A stretch of 64,000 nt of DNA, taken from the IMG/VR virus record IMGVR_UViG_3300009873_000008, positions 8,944 through 72,943 of that record, one strand, 5' to 3'. The notes beneath the pieces are model-generated. The model did no database searches and had not been told where the DNA came from. It saw only the letters and a program-made list of their open reading frames with translations. How positions within the stretch are numbered: position 1 is the stretch's first letter; each line of letters starts with the position of its first letter. This document shows positions 45,113 to 53,783 of the stretch, one piece after another. The position numbers were made by a program, and so were the translations under genes. The stretch is from a virus. Lineage: Duplodnaviria > Caudoviricetes.

Positions 45113-45477
45113 AGCGACTCCCGTGCGACCTCGATGATCTCCTCCAGGAACTCGATGGCCGACTCCTGCAACCGCTCCAGCGGGACGTTGGCGTCGTGAG
45201 AGAGCGCGGAGATTGCGAGCATGTAGGTCTCGCCGATGGTGCGCGCTCCGTCCGATTCGTCGAGACGAGAAGTCACGTAGTCGAATGCCGCTCGCGCGAG
45301 GGTGCGCGAGAGCTTGATCGACTCGTCCACCTCTGGCACCGCGGGCGCGGATGATGGCGCACACGGAGCGCACTTGGCCTCTTCGCTCTCAATGGCCTGC
45401 GGAGCCGGTCTCGTCTTGACCGAAACCGTGCCCAGAAAGGCATCGAGATCAGAGGCGATCGACTTCAGGTTGCTCAC
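45109..45477 (-). CDS. Hypothetical protein
   Basis: 122 aa, coupled. Confidence 0.6.
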   Translation of the reverse strand: MSNLKSIASDLDAFLGTVSVKTRPAPQAIESEEAKCAPCAPSSAPAVPEVDESIKLSRTLARAAFDYVTSRLDESDGARTIGETYMLAISALSHDANVPLERLQESAIEFLEEIIEVARESL

Positions 45478-45486
45478 GGCCGGGGC

Positions 45487-46752
45487 CTACTCCCCGCGAA
45501 CGTCGATCTCTTCGCGTCCGTCGGCGTCGTAGCCGTCACCGTTCACGCCGGCCGTCGAGTTGGTCGCCGCGTCCATGGCCTCCTTGTCGGAGGGGATCGA
45601 GGCACCCTCGCCGTCGTAGCGCTTGCTCTTCCCGGCGGGCGGCTTGCGGAAGCGGCTCTTCGAGGAGATCTGCTTGCCGCCGGGAGTGGCGCGGTTCACG
45701 GCGGGAGCCGACTTGTTCTCCTCCTGGAGATCGCGACGCGCCGAGACCGACTTCATGAAGCCGATGCGGTCGGCCATCATCTCCTCGGCGAAGAGCACGT
45801 CGTCCGAGTCGGTCCGACCCCAGTGGGACTCGGCACGGACGTCGACCTTCTCGCGCCCGGATCCGTTGTAGCCGGGGCCCGAGACACCCGCGGTGGAGTT
45901 GGTCGCCGCGGCCATGGCCTCCTTGTCGCCCGGGACGGAGGCGGACTTGCCGTCGTAGCGCTTGTTCGCGCCGCCGTTGCCGAAGTTCGACTTCGACGAG
46001 ATCTGCTTGCCACCCGGCGTGGCGCGGCTCACGGCCGGGGCGGGGATGTTGGCCTCGTCGAGCGAACGGAAGCGCGCGATGGCTTCGCCGAGACCCGACG
46101 TCGAGCGGAAGCGAGAGATGGCGTTGCCGAGGTTCATGGTGGTCTCCGTGTGTTCTTTGATCCCGGTCCCGAGGACGTTGTCGCGCACGACCTTGCCGAC
46201 CGAGTCAGCGTAGATGCCGTCGACTTCCTTGTCGACTTTCCACTTCGATCCGCGAATGCGACCGAAAGTCAACGTGTAGGTATCGTTGGGCGCGAGGCGC
46301 ACCATGACGCGGCCCTTCCAGTGGCCACGCGCGTCGAACTGGACTCCCGGTCCGGTAGCCCTGGAGTCGATGACCTTGGTACCGGCGCTCACTGCGAGGA
46401 TGTTCTTGAGTCCCATCGCCAGGTAGTCGATCGCGCCCAGCCCGTGCTTGATCTGCTTCATGATCGTGCTGGCCACGCTAACGGCGTGGGACCCCGATCC
46501 AGACGGCTTGGACTTGGACGAAGACGAAGCAGACTTGGCGTGCTGGAACTTCTCCTTCCACTTCGCCGTCGCTGCGGCAAGACGCTGCTTGATGTCATCC
46601 GTTTCGAGCATCGACTTGCCGACATCCCTCGCCGTCTTGGGGTCCATCACCCGCAAGCACGCCTTCAGGCGGCCAGCGCGGGTTGGCTTGGATCCCTTGA
46701 CGACCTTCTTGCGGATCTCCCCGATCAGAGTGTCGATGTCTTTGCACTCCAC
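45487..46752 (-). CDS. Putative virion/internal protein with two ~75-aa repeats
   Basis: APAV(S/N)RATPGGKQISSKS...KEAM.AATNSTAGV occurs twice; LGEAIARFRSLDEA. Confidence 0.7.
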   Translation of the reverse strand: MECKDIDTLIGEIRKKVVKGSKPTRAGRLKACLRVMDPKTARDVGKSMLETDDIKQRLAAATAKWKEKFQHAKSASSSSKSKPSGSGSHAVSVASTIMKQIKHGLGAIDYLAMGLKNILAVSAGTKVIDSRATGPGVQFDARGHWKGRVMVRLAPNDTYTLTFGRIRGSKWKVDKEVDGIYADSVGKVVRDNVLGTGIKEHTETTMNLGNAISRFRSTSGLGEAIARFRSLDEANIPAPAVSRATPGGKQISSKSNFGNGGANKRYDGKSASVPGDKEAMAAATNSTAGVSGPGYNGSGREKVDVRAESHWGRTDSDDVLFAEEMMADRIGFMKSVSARRDLQEENKSAPAVNRATPGGKQISSKSRFRKPPAGKSKRYDGEGASIPSDKEAMDAATNSTAGVNGDGYDADGREEIDVRGE

Positions 46753-46807
46753 CGCGTCGCTCCGAGCCCTACCATGATACCGAGTTGTCTAGGGCTTGCG
46801 GAAGTGT

Positions 46808-47863
46808 CTAGCGGCGCAGCAGGTTGACTCCACCTGTCGCCACCGGAACTTCCCATTCCTTGTCCCGACACTTCGGATCGTATTCCTTGCACTTGGACGC
46901 AGCCTGCTTGCGCATCCGCTCCTTGCGCTGCTTCTCGATGACCTGGAGGCCGCGGCGCCCGAAGAACGGGTTACCCCGGTCAGTTCTCGATCCGACGTTG
47001 GCCGTGGTGGTCGCCTCGACCACATGGACGACCTTCCCGTGCTTCTGCGGACGGCTGGTCACGTACTTTCGTCCGTAGCCGTAATCCACGATGTAGAAGG
47101 GCTTTCCGGTCATCTTCCGCATGGCAACAGCCTGCTTGAAGAGCGCCTCGTCGTGCTCGGGAGTACCTGGCTTCGCGGCAATCTTGAACAGCGGCGCCTC
47201 GGTGTCCTTGGACGCCGACTTCTTCCGCCGCTTCGCGATGACCGGCGGCGACTTTGGCGCCGAGGTGCTCGACCGGAACAGGTCCGACCACGACTTCGAG
47301 AGCTTGGCGCTCGAAGACGATGCCACTCGGGACAGCAAGCCGAACGGCGTCTGGAGCAAGTTGGACGCGAGCGCTCCGGCGGACGTCGCCTCGTCCAAGC
47401 TGCGGAAGATCGCGACTGCCTCAGTGAGCTTGTAGTCCGGCTTGTTCAGACCGAGGGGGTCTTGCGCGAAGACTTGTCGCGAGTCCGGCGGCCGGTGCTT
47501 GAACAACGGATGCTTGACCCAGTTCGTGCCACCGATCCACGTGGGAAGCTCCCACTCCAGGTCACGGCATTCTGGGCTGTAGACCCCGTGGCACGGCTGA
47601 TGCGGGCGCTCGTGACGAGTCTGAGTCCGATCACCAGAGGTGAGGTTGGCGCGAAACCGGGGAAAGAACTTCTTCTTGGACCCGCCAGTGGGTACTGGGA
47701 TTGGCGTGACGTCCCTGACCTCCGGGTTGACGTCGCGAGAGAACGTCGCCTCGCTCAACGCGCCGAGAGCCGTGAGCACAGCGGTCTTGGCCAGAGGCCG
47801 CGACGATCGCTTCCGACCAGTGTACTTCGGGACTCCGAAGACCATCTCCCAGCCATCGGGCAA
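46808..47863 (-). CDS. Basic putative virion/internal protein; frame extends 41 codons upstream
   Basis: LTEAVAIFRSLDEA; Lys/Arg-rich. Confidence 0.65.
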   Translation of the reverse strand: MPDGWEMVFGVPKYTGRKRSSRPLAKTAVLTALGALSEATFSRDVNPEVRDVTPIPVPTGGSKKKFFPRFRANLTSGDRTQTRHERPHQPCHGVYSPECRDLEWELPTWIGGTNWVKHPLFKHRPPDSRQVFAQDPLGLNKPDYKLTEAVAIFRSLDEATSAGALASNLLQTPFGLLSRVASSSSAKLSKSWSDLFRSSTSAPKSPPVIAKRRKKSASKDTEAPLFKIAAKPGTPEHDEALFKQAVAMRKMTGKPFYIVDYGYGRKYVTSRPQKHGKVVHVVEATTTANVGSRTDRGNPFFGRRGLQVIEKQRKERMRKQAASKCKEYDPKCRDKEWEVPVATGGVNLLRR

Positions 47864-47986
47864 CCGCCCGTGGCGAGCGAGATAGTGGAGCGCAAAGTTA
47901 GCGGGCTCCCTGGCCTTCCCGGGGAGTGAGCGGAACTTCTCGACTCCCGCCTTGAGGGTCAGTGAGCCCGCCTTGGTGCGCCGCGC

Positions 47987-49264
47987 CTACTTCGACCGCT
48001 GCTTCTTGATCGACTTGGAGATCCACGACCCTTCGGTCTCCGTGCTCTCCGTCCGGCCCTTGGTCTTCACACCGCGGCGCCGCTCGTGTGCTGCCTGCCG
48101 GTGGACCTCGTCCCAGTTGGTGGGTCCGCCGAGGTTCTTGGTCGGCTTCTGCATCCGGCGCTGTTGCGCGGCGTGCAGCTTCGCCCCGGCGCGCGCCTTG
48201 GTGGCCGGCGATGCGCTCTTCGACATGAACTGACGGTGGGCGTGACCGACCGCCTCACCGACGTTCTCGCTCTCGGCAGTGCCGTGGCTGCCGGGATGGA
48301 ACTGGCCGGGCTCGTACTCCCCGGGCGAGCGGAGCTTGCCCTTCTTGCCGGGGAGCTTCTCGCCCTTCGGCTGGGCCATCTTCGTGCTCGTGGGATCCTT
48401 GTCAGCCTCGCTGGCCTCCTCGGACTCTCGCGCGAGCTTGGCCATGTCCTCGATGGTGACGGCCTGCTTGGCGAACGGGTTGATCCCGATGCGCGGCCCG
48501 AGCGCCATCGCACGCTCCTGCTCCAGGCGGTCCTCCTCGGGCTCCTTGCGGACGGCCGTGGTCAGGACCGGCGAGGGCCTGTACATCGCCTGGTTCTGGC
48601 TCAGGCTCATCAGCGCGCCGAGGTTGTTGGACACGGTCGCTTCGGTCTTGACGTGCTCCTTCACCTTGGCGTCGGCGTGCTCCATGGCGTCGATCACAGC
48701 CTGGCTGGCGCCGCGGATGGTGGCGCCCTCGCCCATCAGCCCCTTGACCGCGTTCAGGTCGCCAGCCTTGAGCGCGTGCAGGGCCTTGATGTAGCCGGGC
48801 TTGTCCTTGTCCTCCTTGACCTTGCGGAGGATCTCGCCCGCACCCGACTGAACCAGCTGCTTGACCGACTCCGCGACGATTCGGTCGGTCAGCGCCTCGT
48901 TGATCGTCTCCATGCCCTCGATGTGCTCGATCGCGATGTTGAGCACGTCTCCGGCGATGAACTGCTTGATGGCCTTCGCGTCGTCGCCGGAGAACCCGTA
49001 CTGGCGCAGATCGGGCACGCGACCGAGACGCATCGCTGCCTCGGCGATGCCGAGCACCGCGTTGGCGTTGAGTTGCCTGGATTCGGCGAACTTCTCGATG
49101 TCCTGCGTGCGCGACTTGAGCACCATCTCGCGCGTCGCGGGCGACATCAGCGAGGCATGGCGGTTGAACCCGCTGACCGGCGCCTCCAGCGGCGAGTCCT
49201 CGACCAGGGCGCGCCCGCGCTGGGGGCCCTTGGTCATCGCGATCATCTGCTCCATCGGCGTCAT
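47987..49264 (-). CDS. Putative virion/core protein
   Basis: 425 aa, strong codon bias, basic tail. Confidence 0.7.
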   Translation of the reverse strand: MTPMEQMIAMTKGPQRGRALVEDSPLEAPVSGFNRHASLMSPATREMVLKSRTQDIEKFAESRQLNANAVLGIAEAAMRLGRVPDLRQYGFSGDDAKAIKQFIAGDVLNIAIEHIEGMETINEALTDRIVAESVKQLVQSGAGEILRKVKEDKDKPGYIKALHALKAGDLNAVKGLMGEGATIRGASQAVIDAMEHADAKVKEHVKTEATVSNNLGALMSLSQNQAMYRPSPVLTTAVRKEPEEDRLEQERAMALGPRIGINPFAKQAVTIEDMAKLARESEEASEADKDPTSTKMAQPKGEKLPGKKGKLRSPGEYEPGQFHPGSHGTAESENVGEAVGHAHRQFMSKSASPATKARAGAKLHAAQQRRMQKPTKNLGGPTNWDEVHRQAAHERRRGVKTKGRTESTETEGSWISKSIKKQRSK

Positions 49265-49278
49265 GTCTGGCCTCGTGT

Positions 49279-49623
49279 TCAGTCCGGCGGGTTCAAGAAG
49301 ATGATACGCCGAAACATGATCTCTGGTCCAACACTAGCTAGGCCGTGGTAGCCCAACAGGCGATGACCAGTGGTTCGGAAACGGAAGACGATCCGACCGT
49401 ACGTCGGTGGCCGCTTCCGCAGATTGGGCGGCCGGATCACGGAGAACTGCCAGTTTTCGACGTCCGGCAGTGCGTCCTTGATCGTCAGACCGATCAGATC
49501 CTCCGGCTTGATGAAGACGTACGGATCGCGTTGCTGCCACTCGACCGACATACCGTACGGATAGAGCGGCGGACACTCCACCGCCACAGTTCCGAACGGA
49601 TAGTTGTCGAAGAGGTAGCCCAC
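49279..49623 (-). CDS. Hypothetical protein
   Basis: 114 aa. Confidence 0.55.
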   Translation of the reverse strand: MGYLFDNYPFGTVAVECPPLYPYGMSVEWQQRDPYVFIKPEDLIGLTIKDALPDVENWQFSVIRPPNLRKRPPTYGRIVFRFRTTGHRLLGYHGLASVGPEIMFRRIIFLNPPD

Positions 49624-49631
49624 GTTCCTCC

Positions 49632-50378
49632 CTAGAGGCGGTTGGCGATCTCCGTCATCTGCGTGAGCGTAGCGTCCAGCCCGGCGCAGCGCTTGGCGCA
49701 GTCGGCGGCGTCGCCCTTGGCTGCCGCTTCCTTGCAGAGACCGACGTCCTTGACGAGGGTCTCCAGCAGCCCGCGCAGCTTCACACCGTCCGCCGGATCG
49801 TGATCCTCGACCAGTCCGGCAGCGAGATCGAAGCGGGACTCGACCTTGTCGGCGGCCGACCAGCCTCCCGGTGGGGCGTTCTTGTCGTTCGCCTTCTTGA
49901 TCGCTTGGGAGAGCTTGGTCTTGCCGACCTTGCGGACCTTGCCGAAGACCATCTTCTCGTCAGGCTTGAGGTGGCCGACCGGACCGGCGCCGACGGACTG
50001 CGAGTAGTAGTCCTTCAGCAACTCGCGTCCCTTGGCTTCCTTCTCCTTGGTCCATCCGACGGCGCCGCGGTGCGACCTCTTGGCCTCATCGACGGTGGCG
50101 ACGTCGAGTCCTCCCAGGGAGTCGAACGAGACGCGCTCGCCTTCGCCTTCGTGACGAGTGGTGTACCACCCGCGCGCACCCGCTGGTGCGCGATGGGAGC
50201 GCCTCGCGTGGAGCTTGTCGGTGGCAGACGACGACGTCGCCACCGCAGACCGACGCTCTGGGCGCCCGGCCGGTCCCTTCGGCGCGCGATCGAACTTCTT
50301 GTTCATCGCACGAACGACACGCATGGTGCGCTGCTCACCACGGCTGCCCTCGTCGATGAGATCGTCGAAGCGACCCAT
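49632..50378 (-). CDS. Basic putative internal head protein
   Basis: N-terminus MGRFDDLIDE resembles the T4 capsid-targeting pattern. Confidence 0.6.
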   Translation of the reverse strand: MGRFDDLIDEGSRGEQRTMRVVRAMNKKFDRAPKGPAGRPERRSAVATSSSATDKLHARRSHRAPAGARGWYTTRHEGEGERVSFDSLGGLDVATVDEAKRSHRGAVGWTKEKEAKGRELLKDYYSQSVGAGPVGHLKPDEKMVFGKVRKVGKTKLSQAIKKANDKNAPPGGWSAADKVESRFDLAAGLVEDHDPADGVKLRGLLETLVKDVGLCKEAAAKGDAADCAKRCAGLDATLTQMTEIANRL

Positions 50379-50383
50379 CGGGC

Positions 50384-50641
50384 CTACTCCGAATCCGACT
50401 GGTACGGCTTCTGGGTCCGCAGCGCGGCGGCCGAGACCCGACCGTTCATCCAGTCGGCACCCATCTCCGGCTTGGGCGCCTTGTCGTAGTACGAGTTGTT
50501 CGGGTTGCCGCTCTTGCGCTCCGCCGGGCGCTCACCGCGCGCGAGCGAACCGTTCGCCTTGTCCTGCTCCAGGGTGAGCAGCGGCCGGCGGGTGAGTGGC
50601 AGACCTCCTCCGAGACCGGCGATCTGATCGAACATGCTCAT
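50384..50641 (-). CDS. Small protein with LTRRPLLTLE motif
   Basis: 85 aa, GGAG SD. Confidence 0.6.
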   Translation of the reverse strand: MSMFDQIAGLGGGLPLTRRPLLTLEQDKANGSLARGERPAERKSGNPNNSYYDKAPKPEMGADWMNGRVSAAALRTQKPYQSDSE

Positions 50642-50665
50642 GGCGTCTCTCCTGTGCTTCCGACC

Positions 50666-51028
50666 TTAGCTCGGGTCGGTGGCGAACTGCTTGAAGTAGG
50701 CATCGAACTCACCTGGCGAGCAGATCGCGATGAAGATCGATCCGCTGGTCGGCTGGATCTTGCTGACCAGGTGCAGTGGGTTGGTCCCGTCGGTGATGTT
50801 GGACCGCACGATCCCGCCGGTCGGGATCGTGAGCGTGGTCCAGGGCGAGGCCGCCTCGACGGCTTCGCGATCGGCCGCAGCGCGGATCGGCACCACGGCG
50901 GCCTTGTGCGCGCCGATGAACACGACCGGCTGGATCGCCAGTTGGTTGCGGTGGACGATGATGAGTTCGTCGTTGGCCGTCACGAGCGGCCAGTTGTCGA
51001 ACTTGACGTGGAAGTCGGTGAGGTGCAT
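50666..51028 (-). CDS. Putative small structural protein
   Basis: 120 aa, beta-rich composition. Confidence 0.6.
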   Translation of the reverse strand: MHLTDFHVKFDNWPLVTANDELIIVHRNQLAIQPVVFIGAHKAAVVPIRAAADREAVEAASPWTTLTIPTGGIVRSNITDGTNPLHLVSKIQPTSGSIFIAICSPGEFDAYFKQFATDPS

Positions 51029-51037
51029 TGGCCGTCC

Positions 51038-51484
51038 TTACGCGCTCGCTGCCTTCTTGGCCTTGCCGGCGGTCTTGGTCTTCAGACCGCGGCGCTTGGG
51101 CATCTTGATGACCTTGGCCTTCGGCTTCCCCGCCGCTTGCTTCGCCGCCCGACACTGACCGAAGACCATCTTGAAGCCCGGCTTGCATCCCTTGGCCTTG
51201 GCCTTGGCCGCCTGGGGAGCCCTGGCCTTGACCTGCTTGGGACGCGGCGCCTGCGGAGACAGACGCTTCTTCGCCTGCTTGGAGCGCGGAGCGGGTGACT
51301 GCGCCGGACCGCGCGAGATCAGCCGTCCGGTCTGGTGCCAGTCGCGCTTGATGAACTCCTTCGCGCGATGGGCAAGGTGTCCGACCTTGCGGGCCGCGCT
51401 CTTTACACGACCCCACAGACCCTCGTCGAGCAGATGCTCGTCGAGCGCGCGGAACTCGTTGATCGCTTCCTGGAGTGGCGTCAT
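51038..51484 (-). CDS. Lys-rich putative internal head protein
   Basis: MTPLQEAINEFRALDEHLLDEG followed by a highly basic tail. Confidence 0.65.
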   Translation of the reverse strand: MTPLQEAINEFRALDEHLLDEGLWGRVKSAARKVGHLAHRAKEFIKRDWHQTGRLISRGPAQSPAPRSKQAKKRLSPQAPRPKQVKARAPQAAKAKAKGCKPGFKMVFGQCRAAKQAAGKPKAKVIKMPKRRGLKTKTAGKAKKAASA

Positions 51485-51487
51485 GAT

Positions 51488-51847
51488 TCAGTTACCGCTG
51501 ACGATCGCGTTGACCTCGGTCTCGTTGGCGCCCGTCGACACGTAGAGCGCCGTGATCCCGGTGTTGCTGGGGAGGAAGCCGGTTCCGGGTCCGAACGGGA
51601 AACCGATGTCGGCGAGGTTGTTGATCTTCAGCGTCACCTCCTGCGAGGTGGTCAGCGTGATGCGCTTGGCCTGCGCCACGCCGCCGAAGGGAAGCGACAC
51701 GTCCACCTGCATGGCCGCGATCTTCATCGGGAAGACCTGAGTCACCTCCTCGACGGAGACCTCTTCCTTGATGATCGACTGGCCCTCGACGGTCTGGGCC
51801 GCGTTGAGCACCCGAACGCTCGACTCCACCTTGATTGTCTTCGCCAC
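51488..51847 (-). CDS. Putative small structural protein
   Basis: 119 aa, beta-rich, AGGAG SD. Confidence 0.65.
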   Translation of the reverse strand: MAKTIKVESSVRVLNAAQTVEGQSIIKEEVSVEEVTQVFPMKIAAMQVDVSLPFGGVAQAKRITLTTSQEVTLKINNLADIGFPFGPGTGFLPSNTGITALYVSTGANETEVNAIVSGN

Positions 51848-51933
51848 GGTGCGCTCCTGGTCAGTGTGGGACTTGGCTGGATTCTACAAGCACAAGGGTC
51901 GCCCCTGCCATGCTTGGCCAGCGGACCGGCTGT

Positions 51934-53070
51934 TTATCCAGAGCGCTTCCGCTTCTTTGGCTTACCCCCCGACTCCGGCTCGGGGTCGGGCTGGGAGACC
52001 TCGGAGTCATCGACCAGGACGATGGGCTCTTCGGCGGGTTCTGAGACCGGCGACTCGGGAACTGGCAACTCCGGCGACTCGGGGGGCTTGAGATCGAACT
52101 CGGCGGACGCCGCAGCCACCACTGCGTCGTAGTCGGGATCCGGCTCCGCAGGCGCGGTCGCGGGCGACTCGACCTCGGTCTCCTGGTCCCACAGCAGTTC
52201 CTCCTTCTCGGCAGGCTTGGGACTGGCGGGCGCGGGTGCGGGTACCGTCGTCTTCGCGTCGGCCTTCCCGGCCCGAGCCATGTCACCGAGCGGGCGAGGC
52301 TGCGAGAACTGCCCCTCGGTCGGCGGAAGTCCCGGTCTCGGCATGGGTTCCGAGTACTCACGCGTGGCGATCGTGGGCTTGACCACGTCACCGAACGGGA
52401 TGCCGTAGAGGACCCGGTTGGTGCCGCGGCCATTGCACTGCCGCACTCGATCGGAGAGCCCCGAGAGCTTGAGCAGTTGGCCGAACGCGGCCTCGGTGGG
52501 CTTCCACGAGTTGACCTTGCCGGCTGGGACCTGCTCGGTCTCGCCGATCGTGACCTCCAGCGCGCACAGACCGCCGGCCTTGGTCATCGCGACCATCGCG
52601 CACAGCAACTCGACTGGATCCGGGCACTCGTCGAACCCCTCGGGCGCGAGCACGAGATCGAACTGACCGAGCCCGTCGACGTGGGGCATCGTCGGCCACG
52701 CCTTGAAGGTGACGGCCGTCTCGGTCTCCTCTGGGGCGTAGATCTCGTCCAGGAGCGGGCAGACAGCGTCGAGACCCGCGTGGAATCGGAAGCGCGGCTC
52801 GATCATCACGACGTGACCGGCACCCTTGAGTAGCACGTGCGCGGCCAGACCACCGTAACCGGCGCCCACGATCGCGACACGCGCGCCCGTCGGCATCTCG
52901 TACTGGAACGCCTGCTGAACGAGGCCGAAGTAGGCAGCCGGATCGGACTGTCCCGGCAGTTCGAGCTTCCCAGGTTCCAGTACCAGCTTGAACGTCAGGC
53001 GGTCGCCAGCGGCGTACGCGGACGAGTGGCGGAGCTTCTCGGCTGCCTGCTGAATCGTGGTTGCGGTCAC
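51934..53070 (-). CDS. Class I SAM methyltransferase-like protein with Pro/Glu-rich tail
   Basis: VAIVGAGYG, VVMIEP, FDLVL...DP...L...TKAGGLCALE; GTGA start. Confidence 0.6.
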   Translation of the reverse strand: MTATTIQQAAEKLRHSSAYAAGDRLTFKLVLEPGKLELPGQSDPAAYFGLVQQAFQYEMPTGARVAIVGAGYGGLAAHVLLKGAGHVVMIEPRFRFHAGLDAVCPLLDEIYAPEETETAVTFKAWPTMPHVDGLGQFDLVLAPEGFDECPDPVELLCAMVAMTKAGGLCALEVTIGETEQVPAGKVNSWKPTEAAFGQLLKLSGLSDRVRQCNGRGTNRVLYGIPFGDVVKPTIATREYSEPMPRPGLPPTEGQFSQPRPLGDMARAGKADAKTTVPAPAPASPKPAEKEELLWDQETEVESPATAPAEPDPDYDAVVAAASAEFDLKPPESPELPVPESPVSEPAEEPIVLVDDSEVSQPDPEPESGGKPKKRKRSG

Positions 53071-53783
53071 GCGAAGAGGCTCCTTCCGGTCTTGGCGTAG
53101 TAGGTGGCGCCGTAGCGGAAGATCGCGATGTTGGACGCGTCGTCCCAGTCGGTGCCGTTGGCGGAGATCACGCCAGAGATGAACGTCTCGGCGCCCGCGA
53201 GATTGGGTAGTTCTTCGAGAACGCGCGGACCGATCGACTCCCAGCGAATCCACCGCAGCGCTTCGTTCTCGTGTCCCGGAAACGGAATTGCCGTGAGCTT
53301 GGACCCGTCCTCGGTCACGGCGATGATGCCGCGAGGGCTGATCTCACCGAACTCATCGAACTTGGCCCACTCGACGTAGTCGAGTTTGTACGGCTTCTCC
53401 GTTGGAGGCGGTTCGAGTGATTCCAACACCCCGCGCATGGGATCGTCGGCACTGACTCCGCCCTCGTCGTACTCGTTCAGCGACAACTCGTACTGCTTGA
53501 GCGCTTCGTGATCGGTCTTGGGAATTCGCTGAAGCAAGATCTGCTTCACCGGCTCCGTCTTGTCGACATTCACGATGACCTGTTCGCCGAGTCTCACCGC
53601 GGAGAGCACATAGCCGCCCGCGACACTGAAAGGCGAACCAGCCAGCACCAACGCGAGCCGCTGGTCTTCGGAGATCCCGCCGAATACCGGGTAGGCGTTG
53701 AGACTCAACCCGACGTCAGGGTAGACGAGACGAGAAGTAGTCGGCCCGCTGCGAATGAAGTCGATGATCTCAGTGGGGGTCAT
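53067..53783 (-). CDS. Hypothetical protein
   Basis: 238 aa, coupled on both sides. Confidence 0.7.
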   Translation of the reverse strand: MTPTEIIDFIRSGPTTSRLVYPDVGLSLNAYPVFGGISEDQRLALVLAGSPFSVAGGYVLSAVRLGEQVIVNVDKTEPVKQILLQRIPKTDHEALKQYELSLNEYDEGGVSADDPMRGVLESLEPPPTEKPYKLDYVEWAKFDEFGEISPRGIIAVTEDGSKLTAIPFPGHENEALRWIRWESIGPRVLEELPNLAGAETFISGVISANGTDWDDASNIAIFRYGATYYAKTGRSLFA

